DNA of 63,319 nt, counting the filler, from Kipferlia bialata (lineage: Eukaryota): NCBI GenBank assembly GCA_003568945.1. It is 4 parts of 4 records of this genome, joined end to end, with 100 filler letters (N's around TTAATTAATTAA, not from the genome) between each part and the next. Parts side by side here need not be neighbours in the genome. Positions count along the whole stretch, not along the records: positions 39,088 to 58,524 come from BDIP01000423.1; positions 58,625 to 63,319 come from BDIP01000482.1; 2 more parts are not named here. One strand, written 5' to 3'. Position numbers and translations under genes: made by a program. This document shows, in pieces, positions 52,097-63,319 of this stretch. Under the pieces are notes generated by a model. The model made no database searches and was not told the DNA's origin. It worked only from the letters and a program-made list of their open reading frames with translations. Within the stretch, counting starts at the first letter, position 1. Each line of letters opens with the position of its first letter.

Positions 52097-52550
52097 TTAT
52101 CGAGGGAGATGTGAAGGGAAAAGAAAAGAATGGACGAAACATGCCTGCAAAACGCCATTGCGCAGCTTGACAAGCTCAATCATGGAGAATGGGCCTCTGA
52201 TGTAGCTGTCAGGAGGATTGGGGAGCCACATAAGCATGTTTGCCCTTCTGCGGACATTGGTCCGGTTGAAAATGCTGGATATTAGATGAAAGGACTCACA
52301 CAATAATACCAACCAGATCGGTTTGACAGTGTATCTGTCCGTAACACAGGGAGCGCCTCTCACCTGTTGGGGAACGACACCTGGAGGTTAGTGGGAGGTA
52401 AATTATGCATTCAGGTACGTTCATGCGTCCTACCTTCAGGGTTTCAACGATGCGAACATAGTCTCTTCCTCCTGGATGCCGATTCAGGGTCTTCCTGACC
52501 TCTAGCGCTGTTGCCAACAGGCACTTATCGATGTCAAGTGTCCACCTCAT
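52097..52550 (-). CDS. Possible divergent Myb-like protein or pseudogene fragment
   Basis: Spliced MRWTLDIDKCLL...GRDYVRIVETLK|VSFPN|SIFNRTNVRRRANML...P...RGPFSMIELVKL resembles Myb repeat spacing; 3' structure unclear. Confidence 0.35.
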
Positions 52551-53189
52551 AACGCTCCAGCTCTACGGGCCTGACTAGAGGGGGTTACGGATAGAAAGGA
52601 CATACTTTATGGCACTTTGTATTGTCAGAGTTCTCTGGTTTCCCCCCCCTTTGTCGTTTTTGAGTTGAGATTTGACATGTGTCACTTCTGGACCAAAGTC
52701 TGTTGTCTCATAGAGCTCCTTCCCTGACATCTATATGGAGCTTCACTGAGAGTAGAGTGGGGACATATTTGCAAATAGCTCCCAAATATATCTGCTCTGT
52801 TCCAATAGGTATTAGATAGAATTCCTAAACTGTATTGACACACATCATGATTCATGAGTGCTTGCAACACATTTAGATCTACAGCTCATCCGGAGTGTCG
52901 TGGTGTAACAACCAGAGAAACAGTATTCCACTGGTTACACCTTACTTCGCCGGTAACCAATTCCAATCCGATATCCTCTACAAGATACTTGTGGCCGCCA
53001 CTTTGTTCCTGCAGCATACTATTCAACAAGTGCCCAAACTCCTGGCACCCCCCTGGCCTGTGGCACATTATAATGCCCAGACTCTTTCACTACTGGCACA
53101 GCAGGAGATTGTACAAGAACTGAACATATTTTCGTTAACGCAGCGATGATCATACATTCATTACTCTGTACTCTGTATTGGCGCTTTGT

Positions 53190-54880
53190 CTATAGTGCGT
53201 CAAATATGTTGGCCACTCTCTGCCTCACACTGGATCTGGAGAACGACCCGCTCCTCTCCTGCTCCTGCTCCTTCATCTGGTTGCTGAGGCGCCTCTCAAA
53301 GGACCGCAGCTCCTGGTACACCTGGGTGGGGTCCTCGTCCTCCCCACTGAGCCGCCTGGCAGTCCCCAGCCGCCTCATGGGGGAGTGGCTGAGGATAGGG
53401 GCAGAGGGGGGGGAGGCCTCGGCCTGTCTCCCCCTGTATCTGTCTGGGTATGTGTCTCTGTGGGTGTCAGTGCCATGACTGGGGTGTCTGTCCGGGGTCA
53501 GGTCAAGGGAGCCCTTGCCGGCCAGTCTTCCCAGCACATCCCCCAGCACATCACTCCCACTCACCACGGCCAGGCGCTGCCTCTCCTGCTCCTCCACCTG
53601 CTCCTCTCTCTCCCTCCGGTTCAGACTCTCCCGCAGACTAGGCTGCCTAGTGCTCTCCCCCATCCCCTGATACACACCCTCCCTCCCCCTAGATAGGGTA
53701 TCCACACCCCTTGGTAGTGTATCCATGCCCCTAGGCAGGGCAGGCATGGGGACAGAGGTGTGCCGGGTGGGTGAGGTGGCATAGGCAGACTGGGGCCGGG
53801 GCAGCCGGGGGGAGTGGGTCTTGACCACAGTGCCACGGGCAGGGGCACGCCTGAGGGTGAGAGAGAGGATAGGAAAGGGGGGGGGGCAGAAGAGAGTGGA
53901 CCACTGTGTCAGATGTATACAACACCCACCTGGCCTTTGTCCTGCTCAGTATCAGTATCAGTATCAGTATCAGTATCATACTATATCATACAAACATCAG
54001 GTACCCACCTGGCCTTTGTCCTGCTCTGCCACCCCCCGCCATGTGTATACTCCCTGGGGGTGAGAGGATAGGGTATTGGCAGTCAGAGAAACGGAATAGA
54101 TACAAGAATAGAATTAACCACTATGTAACAGCATATCATATGCTGCATATGCCCGACCCACCTCTCTGCCGTGTCTGACCCCTCTGCATAGGGTGACCTC
54201 ATGAACTGGGGGTCACTGATGGATGTGGTGCGGGAGGGGGTGCGGGGTCGGGCAGAGGCCGGCCTGACCTTCTGTGACAGGCCCAGGGTATGCACCCTTC
54301 TGCCACCCATATCCATATCCCTCTCCTCGCCTTGATACCCCATGGCAGACACCACCTGGCGTGACACCTTGCTGTAGGTGTCCCTTGCACCCCTGGACCC
54401 TCCCCTCCTAGGGTATGCGTTCTCATCTGCCCTACCCCCACCCTGGAATGGCAGCCCCTCCACCCCAGCCACTATGGACGACACTCGGCTGCGGAGGGAC
54501 GTGCCCTCGCCCCTCCCACCCCTCCCAGCCCCTAGACCGAGAGGGCCAGAGGGTGAGGTGTGGCTGCGGGCATCTCTGTAGTCAAGGTAGTCCCCTGAGG
54601 GTGAGGAAATGGAGAGAGTCTGGATGGAGGGTATGCATTCAGTGATACTCGTACCTGCCCTGTGCTGTGTGGCAGACCCTCTCTCTCCCCCTCTCCTAGT
54701 GGTGCCTCTGAGGGCAGTCCTCTCATCCACTCTCTCCTCTCTCTCCTCTCTCTCCGTGGAATACCTCCCCATGGAGTACATGTCAAACTGCCTCAACTGA
54801 TTGTGCAGCTCTGTCCGCTCCCGTAGCATATCCGCCCGGGTAATCCGCCGCTTGCGGCCCCGTGCCGTTCTGCTGGACAT
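53190..54880 (-). CDS. Hypothetical Arg/Ser/Gly-rich disordered protein (3 exons)
   Basis: ORFs 54083-54880 and 53190-53828 are joined through a small exon ~54009-54054 with canonical fused acceptors. Confidence 0.7.
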
Positions 54881-55069
54881 TGGTAGACAAAGTGTCAGTG
54901 AGGTGCCTCTCGATAGCCTCGGGTGAAAGATGGTGGCTGAACTTCAGACTGGAAGTTCAGTCAAAATCGACAAAAGGGTGCGTTGTTTTTGTTGTCCTTT
55001 TCCACTTCAAGCATCTTCTTTCGCTATCTGTTGAAGACCCACCCCGGAAGGCATAGGGGAAGAGGTCAG

Positions 55070-57348
55070 ATGTTTCAAGCCCTGCGGCGGTCTGCCACGA
55101 TTGTCCAGGCCAACACGGTGAGTGAGAGATGGGGATATATAGTTAGGGGAATGCGCAGGGTGTATGCATACACATCCATACACGCTTTGAGATATGTGTC
55201 CTCATGCTTCAGGGTGTGAAGATGCACTGCACAGAGGTGGATGTGCAGCTGCACAGGCCACCGGCAAATGCCATCGGCTGTGGAATATGCCAGGTGGGTG
55301 GCTGTCTGTTGCTGTGTGGTATACATGTAGTTGGCAGCACAGTGTATGGGTGTATGTATTCTCCTTATATAGTTTCCTTCTTGTCAGTTTGCTTCCCTGT
55401 ATCTATAAATAGTACAATTGCCATGGGGATGTATGTATATCCGCGAGTCTCGCATGTTCACAGATAGTATGGATCGTCTATATCATATAGTCTATTTGTG
55501 CCAAGGTATATGGAGTTATATATATAGTGGTCTCTACATGGTTTCTCTCCCGCTATCCAACCCCAGATTGCTCCTAACACTGCCTTCATTGTGGGTCAGA
55601 ACGGGTACCAGTCCCGCACCCACCACTGTGTGATAGTGACCATGGAGCCAAGGGCAGATGAGGAGGAGGTGGAGGTGGTGACGGAGGAGGGGCTGTACGA
55701 GGAGACACATGGATACGGGGTGATGCAGGAGCGTGTGTACGGGGCAGAGATGAGTGCCGTCCCCCACTCCTGCCCTGCCTTCCCAGCCAACTGTGCCGAG
55801 TCGTACCCCCCACCCGACCAGTGGGCTCAGTCCTTCTCCTTCCACGTCCCACCCCCCACAGAGGACAGCCAGTTCGGCAACACCACGCCCCCGCCCCCCA
55901 CCCGCTCCCGGCGACCCCCACCCCAGTCCATGCCCAGTGGGTTCAATAGAGGGTATGGCATGGGGTATGGGTCATACCCCCAGGGGCAGGGGTACTCCAT
56001 GTCGCCACCCGAGATAGACGGAGACTGTGCAGGTGTGGACGAGTGCATCCCCTTCACCATAGACCCTGCCTGTCCCAATGATGTCTATGTGCTCAGGGAG
56101 GAGGTCCTGGACTGCCCGTTGGACAAGGTACCTTTATATGTACATCCCCTTACCTGTATGCCTCTCATTCAGTAGTAGAGAATCAAGGATATGTGTCTAT
56201 CTCACCCCAGAGTGTGCGTGACTGCACTGCTGTGTGTGTGGGGTCAGATGTCATTGTGTATGGGGGCATCCACGCCAACACTCAGACGTTCAACACTGAG
56301 ATGTGGCGGTACAGGTATAATCACAATTAGCCATAAGTATTGTGGCATTGAGGCACATATATATTGACTATGTTACTCTATCTGTCTATACTCTGCCACC
56401 ACGCATCTACCCCCAGCGTCCCTGCCAAGACGTGGCACATTGTGAGGAGGCACAGGGGCCATGCCTGGCCTGACCCCAGGTGTGGCCACGGGGCATTTGA
56501 GATGGGAGGGTGCATGTACATCATAGGTAAGTGGGTGCTATTGTACTATATAGTCACTTAGTACGCCATGTGATATGTGGATAGCATCATGGTCACTGTC
56601 CTGACCCCTAGGTGGGCGCAACAAGGACATGCTCTCTGACATGTGGATGTTCTCACCCAGGGACCAGAGGTGGACAAGGTACAATGGCAGTATAGAGGAT
56701 ATTTCTCTACATATTCCACAGTTATATATACTATTATGTACCCCCTACCCCCCCCTCCCCTGATACCCAGGGGCCCTGACCTCCCCATCCCAGGTGTCGG
56801 AACTAGCTGTGTGTGTGTGGGAGAGGAGGTACACGCCGTGGGGGGTGGCTTCCCCAACAAGACCCACCTCAAGTTCACTAGGTAAGGACATCGCAACCCA
56901 CCCATGCTATGCATATCTAGCCTATATCTCTTCAGCTACCACTTCTCCTACCATCCACCCCCTCACCCCAGGGAGGCTGGCTGGCAGACCCTGCCCGACC
57001 TGCCCTTCTTTGTGATCAAGCCCTACTGCTATGTCTATGGGACACAGGTCGTGGTGGTCGGAGGGGAGTTCCACGAGAACAGCTGCACCGCATTTGATAC
57101 TGCGACAGGTAGATATTGTAGTATATTTCGTGTGTGGATTATCAAGTACCCTCTAGATTCCCCCCCACCCTACCCCAGGCGTGTGGACTGACTTTGGCCA
57201 GAGTCCCATCAACCTGGCTGCCACGCAGGGGTGCCCCCTCTCCCCCTCCACGGCCATGGTGCACACCTCCAGGGGCACCATCATAGCCTGTGTCTCGGCC
57301 ACAGGACCCCCCTCCCACGGCCACACCTTCCACAGGAGGTGGGGCTAG
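55070..57348 (+). CDS. Kelch-repeat protein (multi-exon)
   Basis: Kelch blades VIVYGG...EMWRY, PRCGHGAFEMGGCMYIIGG...SDMWMF...W, VHAVGG and VVVVGG...FDTATGVW; ATG 55070, TAG 57346-57348. Confidence 0.88.
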
Positions 57349-57579
57349 GCGGCTTCTGGTGTGTCTGTGCTGGTATTGTCCATGCCCTCATATCATGTAG
57401 TCACAGGGTAGCCAACCTCACCCCATTAACGATGATGTATGTATTCATTTCTATATTCGTGTCCGTGATCTTGCAACGAAACGACGTTGCCGCTTCTTTA
57501 GTTTCCAGTTCTATGCAGAGCGTCAATAAACTCTGCTACTGTCAGACTGTCTGAATGGGTGTATATTGTGTGTATCTAT

Positions 57580-58351
57580 TTAGCATTGACAAGCAACATC
57601 ACCTGGTCCTCTTGATAGAGGAATCTCACTCTCTCTCCTTGCGCCTCCTCCTCCTCCGTTCCTTCCCTCCCTCACCGGGGGATGTGTCCTCCTTGCATGG
57701 GTGGAGATAGCCCGAGGACAGACACCCACGGAGGTCACGGATCTGGAGTCAGGAGGGATCACATGTATGTTTGGGTGTTGATGGAGTATGCCCCCCACCT
57801 TCTCCTCCTGGAAGCAGTCATCCCCCAGGCTGTATATCACAGAGCCACCGGGACAGTACCTGTTGGGTCAGCATTATGAGGGGAAACCAGCACATATATA
57901 TAAGTAGCCCATGCAGACCCTCATCCACCACTGTGCCGTACCTCTGGAGTGTCCTGGAGCAGTGCCAGCAGGGGCGGGAGTTGCCAAGAGTGTATGTCAT
58001 GGACACACACACAGGGCCACACCTGCCACCTGAGGCACACCCCCTAATAGAGGGCAGGGGGGAGGTGGAAGGGGATGCCACTGATGATACAGAGGATGTG
58101 TCTGAGGCACTGTCCCACTCACACCCAGACACATCAGAGAGGGGGTCGGGCTCGTGGCACGTGTAGCGGTGCTCACACAGACAGCGGTAGCGCCACACCT
58201 GAGTGTGAGACGATACTGATAATAATCCCAGACACCCTGTACAATGTACCACACCCTCCCTCACCTGCCTGACCACAACGCGCACATTCACTATACGGGC
58301 TGCGCGACGCTTCCTGTCCTTGAGCCTGGCCACCTGCTTCAGAAGGTTGAC
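57580..58351 (-). CDS. 3' exons of a Cys-rich hypothetical protein (5' end beyond scaffold; boundaries approximate)
   Basis: Exons VNLLKQVARLKDRKRRAARIVNVRVVVRQ and VWRYRCLCEHRYTC...CWHCSRTL with fused acceptors. Confidence 0.5.
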
Positions 58352-58524
58352 CTGATGTAAAGGGGATATGTGTATATATATGTATACATACACATACTGA
58401 TACTGGCCACCTGCTTCAGAAGGTAGACCTGGGGTGAGGGGGATGGGTATATATATATATATATATATACCAGAAGGTTGACCTGGGGGGGGGGGGGGGG
58501 GGGGGGGGGGAAAAAGGGAAAAAA

Positions 58525-58624
58525 NNNNNNNNNNNNNNNNNNNNNNNNNNNNNNNNNNNNNNNNNNNNTTAATTAATTAANNNNNNNNNNNNNNNNNNNN
58601 NNNNNNNNNNNNNNNNNNNNNNNN
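58525..58624. other. Artificial scaffold linker N44-TTAATTAATTAA-N44
   Basis: 12-mer at 58569-58580. Confidence 0.97.
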
Positions 58625-58717
58625 GAATAACTCATATTCTATATAGAATACGCATTATTCTATATTTTTGAAGCCCTAATACTTAGTCTAATTGAGTGCA
58701 ATAGTACTTACCCTCAG

Positions 58718-61700
58718 GACATGGCGGCAGCAGGGGGCAAGTGGGCCTATGGCTTAGAAAGCAACCTAGTGTACTCTGGGCCGGAACCTAACGGTGGGGG
58801 CCAGTACCTGTCTCCCCCGAGCGGTCACTCCGGCACCTATGGCACCACTGTCAGCCTGAGTCTAGAGGGTGAGCTTCTGGCAGTGGGTGCCAGTGGTGGC
58901 AAGGTGTATGTGTATGCCTGGGTTGATGACTCCTGGACATTGTCCCACTCTGTGTACTGGGAGGGCGCACATACAGCAGCCCCCGCCTCTGTGAGTATTT
59001 CCTCCTCAGTGCTACTTGTCGCATACGGTAGTGGATATGCGAGTGTGGCGTACGAGTACAACACAGAGACTGACCAGTGGGGGCATATGGATGTGGAGCT
59101 CCCATGTATGTGTGATGCATACACTATTCTGGCCTATTACTTCCTGGGACTACTTCCTCTACCACACCCTGCCCGTACCTCACCCCCAGCTGGCACTTCT
59201 ACTGCTGTCTCAGGTAATCTGATGCTGATTGGTGACCCTACGAGTGGGGCTGGCAAGGTGTATCTGTACCAGCAGACCACCCTATCCGCCTCTGTCTCCT
59301 TCGAGGACGGTGCCGCCTGTCCACCCACTACTCCTACAGTCACCATACTAAGCAATGGAGACCCCTACATTTCCGACGTCTCAGCCTCTCTTTCAGCTGT
59401 GTGGGATGGGGTTAGTAACAGTAGCCTAGTCTACAGCGGGGGGGTGTACACTATATCCACAGCTGCCCCTGTCACCGTTGGGCCTCACTCACTGGCCGTG
59501 TACTATGGGGATGAGCTACTCAGCAACACATCATACACAGTAAGTGTAGACACAGCTGGTATAGTGGCCACCATACCCCCCGTGGTTCCGGTAGATGCAC
59601 CCTTCTCCCTCTCTGCCACGGTGACAGACACCTGTGGCAACCAAGCAGCCCTGGACGGTATAGTCACCCTCTCGATAGCAGATGCCGAAGGGTGGGTGTT
59701 GCCTACGGTTGTACTTGAAGCCCCATACGCATATACATACCCTAGGCTGGCCACACCTGGTACCTATGAGGTCACCTTTGTACTCCAGACAGATGACAGT
59801 ACATTCACCAGGGAGGGTGTGATCACTGCTGTTGATGCCCTCTCCTATTTTGCATACAGTGGGGTGTTTAGCGTGGGTGTGGTTGTGGACGAGACCTATG
59901 TCGATGACTGTTCAGAGCTGACTGCGACCTTTACAGTCACTGACTCTACAGAGGAGTATGACTGTGTGTTTGAGGCTGGAGAGTGCTCCTGTACCAACAC
60001 CTACGTGTCCCTAGGTTACTACGACACAGTTCAGGTAGTGGTGGGGGGATACCTCACATACACTGACACCGTGACCCTCGATGCCACAGACAACAGGCTA
60101 GCAATTGACGTCTCCCAGGCAATACCCACCACAGCAACAATCCCCGCCCTCTACCCCCCACTCACTGGGAGTCTGCAGTCGCTAGAGGCAGTACAATTCT
60201 CAGCTGACTCTTTCACCGATGATCAGAATGACCTACCCGTCACAGTGGAGATAGGGCCAGGTGGGGACGTGGTACTAGATGCTTCCCTCACTACCACTGG
60301 TGGTGTTTGGTATGCCGTTCTAGATACACCCTACACCCTGTCTGGGTACTGGCAGGCAGGCATAGGTGACCCCATGCTAGTGCCTGTGTCTGTGACTGAC
60401 CCTTCCACCTCAGAGGTTATGGGGTCAGGCAGGGGGTGGTGCCAGGGTACCCCCTCAGCCACTGTCTCCGGGGGTGTGCTACCCCCTGTGAGTGGGGCTG
60501 TGGTAGACTCCTCTCTTGCTGACACTGCGGCTGTAGGGGAGTGCATGGATGTGCTGATAGAGCTGTCGGACGAGAACGGAGACACTGTATCATGCTCACA
60601 AGAGGGTATTACCCTGCTTCCCGAGGGTTTAGCAGAATCTGCATGCTTCCTCTATGGCATCGCTGACAACACCTGTGCCCTCCACTTCTGTGTGCCCACA
60701 GACACTGCCTTCATCACACTCACCCTGAGGGTGCTCTATGATGGCAACACTCTCCTCTCCATCCCCTTCTCAGTCGGGTCCCCAGCCTCCAAGTACATCT
60801 GTGGGACAGCTGGAATACTGCTGGTGGTCTGTGTACTCCTGAGTTGCTGCCATAGGCCCCACCCCATCAGACACCGCCCCGTACATGGGCGCGGGTCGGT
60901 GCTGGAGGGGGGTATTTTGCTGTTCATGGTGGTGGTGATGGCCGCAGACAAGGTATGAGGAGTGTGGCTATATACTCTGGACGTAGCTAGAGACTGTCTC
61001 ACCCCAGATTTTCATTCTGAGTGGCGATCTCTACGTACTCAGGAGCTTCCTGCGACTATTTACGCCCATCACTATCAACCCGAGGCTGCTGCAGTATAGG
61101 GTCATCCACTATGCTCTCATGATAACCAACGCGATAGACGGCCAGATACAGAGGTGTGCATGAATGCTTATGCTATTGCCACTAAGTTGAGTATATGTGA
61201 AATCGTCTCTGACGCAGGCTAACTGGCTGGCTGATATTCTCCCAGAGTGACCTCTCTGGGCTGGTGTTCTCCCTTATGTTCCTGGGTTTCACAGCAGTGA
61301 TAGTGGTCATGGCATGGCTTAACATCAAGGTACGGAGCGACACATATGCTACCACTACTTATGCTTCGTGTAGCCCACTCTAGGTAAGTCGTGTAGCCCT
61401 GGGCGCCCCCAAGTTTGTCAAGGCCATCCTACACGGTACCTTCCACATACTGAATGAGGGGATAGAGATACTGGGCATCACCGTCACCTCCCTCGCCATG
61501 TGGTTCCTGGCCACTAACGAGTCACCCAGCCGCACTGTCTTCTGTGTCACATTCTTTGCAGGGACCCTAGCGGGATTTGTACTCATCGCGTACATTGGTG
61601 ATGACCCATCAAAGATGTTCTCTGCCTTCTGGAGGTATGTTACCCTGATCCCACTTGCTAAGAAGACAACCAAGTTCTGGACTGAGAGAGCCAATGCAAT

Positions 61701-62934
61701 ACAAACCAGACTGAGGTTATGGTCATCTACCAACCACCTCCTGTGGGCTGCCACCTCTCTTGTGCTTGTATGCACAGTGCTTGCACCAGAGGTATACTGC
61801 GCTATGAGTCTAGAGTGGTCCACTTTTGCCTCAGGGAAACCTCCCACTATGGGTATTGCCATGTATGCCCCATTACTCTTACTAGCCGTTGGTGTCAAGA
61901 TCATCCTGGTGCTCGTGTACCTCAATCGTACCAGACCACCAAGAGCTCCTTCTGTACTAATGAATCCAATTCAGGTGGAACCCACTGCCGAGAATGGCCT
62001 CCCTCCCCTATTTGCTGATGGAACCCCTGTCACAGAGGTGCCTGTCCCGGGGGTGAGGGGGAATGAGGTGCTCTCCCCTAGTGATATAGAACTTGAGGAT
62101 GTGGAAGGCCAGAAGGAGAAGACACCCTCTGACCCCTCCCCAGTCTCTGGGTATCAGAGGATATGTGGAGTACTCAGGATTTTAGTGGTGGAGGTATACG
62201 CCTCTGTGTATCTTATAGGATACGTCATTTCCATGACAGTCAATGTTGCTGTGTACACCCTGCTTCTACCCGCCGTCCTCATCCACCCTGCCCTTGCCGC
62301 AGTGCCCTCTCTCCTGAGGGCTGTGGTGGGTATTCACACCCCAGTCAAGGACCTCCACCCGGCTCTGCGGTACATAACCCACATCTGCACGGCCCTAGGT
62401 ATATCTGCCTGTCTCCATTTCGGCAGCATGTCTGACACCCCCTACGCCAACTACGCCTTCTACCTCTGGGGCGCTGTCGACCTGGTCTACGCCCTCTTTG
62501 CCGCCTCTCTCGCCTTCGACCCCTTGGCCTCCCTCCCTGGTGCCATTAAGAATGCCCGCAACTACCCTGCTGCTGAGCACCACATGGACCTGCTAGTGAC
62601 CACAAAGTGCAGTGCCTTTCTGATGGTGCCTATGGTGGGGGCCATGCTCACCCTGACAGCAGACCTCCTCAACTCCCCTCCCCTAGTGTGCCCTGGTCTC
62701 AAGACATCCAGGCTCAACTACACCACCAACCTCGTGTCCCTAGTGTGCATGTTTGGGATGGTGTATGGAAGGGTGGAGGATGCGGTGCTCGATGTACTGG
62801 TCTACACCTTCATGGGACTGCAGATATTCGACGCTTGGCAGGTACGCAGTATCTCAGAGTATTTGTGTATTCTCACATCATCCTTCTCTTCTTTGCGTCA
62901 GATCTTCTACTCTTCACTCATGTCAGGAGGGTAG
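58718..62934 (+). CDS. Surface protein: FG-GAP-like repeats + Ig-like beta-sandwich stalk + multi-pass membrane domain (5' end beyond scaffold)
   Basis: Acceptor TTACCCTCAG before 58718. YGTTVSLSLEGELLAVGA..GKVYVY and TAVSGNLMLIGDP..GAGKVYLY are present. Introns 60953-61007, ~61154-61246 and 61330-61383 join ORF 58721-60958 to ORF 61498-62934, which has many hydrophobic helices. Confidence 0.8.
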
Positions 62935-63319
62935 GATAGTCACCGACAGAAGCAGAGTATCCTTCTGTTGAAAGACTTAAGTAACGACCCGAGGACTGAG
63001 ATAGCGATATGGCACTGAGCAGCATGCATCTGTATCAATAGAGATAGCGGTAACAGTACTCTGCTATTTACTACTTAGTATTCAGCATGACGATCCGAAA
63101 CAAATGAGTCTCTTGTAGAAAGACTTCCTGCTCAGAAATATATCAGTGGTGTGTATGTGTTACTCTGCACCAGACCAGTCTCAGGTAAAGGGATCTGAAG
63201 TGGTAGATAGAGTGGACAAACTAAACACATTGTGAGTGCAGAGTTAGAAGACTAGGCCTATGGGTGAGATAAGGAGGGGGGGGGGGGGGGGGGGGGGGAA
63301 GAGAGATTTCAAGGGGGGG

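Noticed and set aside
19492..58580. TTAATTAATTAA palindrome recurring every ~19.54 kb
   Set aside because: Artificial six-frame-stop linker inside N runs. The periodicity reflects size-sorted scaffolds (19440 and 19437 nt), so gene adjacency across linkers is meaningless.
1..63319. tRNA, rRNA, transposase or reverse-transcriptase genes
   Set aside because: No recognisable motifs seen by eye; tRNAscan/Infernal and HMM searches would be needed to exclude them formally

Overview
Eukaryotic, intron-dense protist DNA. Short GT-AG introns end in a fused branch-point/acceptor (CTNAC-Y3-5-AG, typically CTCACCCCAG), which suggests a free-living fornicate such as Kipferlia (inference). The window is four unrelated scaffolds joined by artificial N44-TTAATTAATTAA-N44 linkers (1-19447, 19548-38987, 39088-58524, 58625-63319). 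Recognisable genes: a giant Gly/Ser/Thr-rich GGDLxLxAG-repeat protein, an MFS-like transporter, a coiled-coil protein, a truncated Hsp70-derived 148-aa protein, biotin-protein ligase, DNAJC17/Cwf23, PIG-A (5' part missing), a signal-anchored FKBP (3' part missing), a Kelch protein and two FG-GAP/Ig-like surface proteins. The most striking structure is polarised arrays of 'half-exon echoes'. Copies of [acceptor + exon 5' half] sit upstream of the single complete exon, and copies of [exon 3' half + GT donor] sit downstream. Many copies differ from the real exon mostly at synonymous positions, including TCC<->AGY serine switches, although they cannot be spliced in as ordinary exons.
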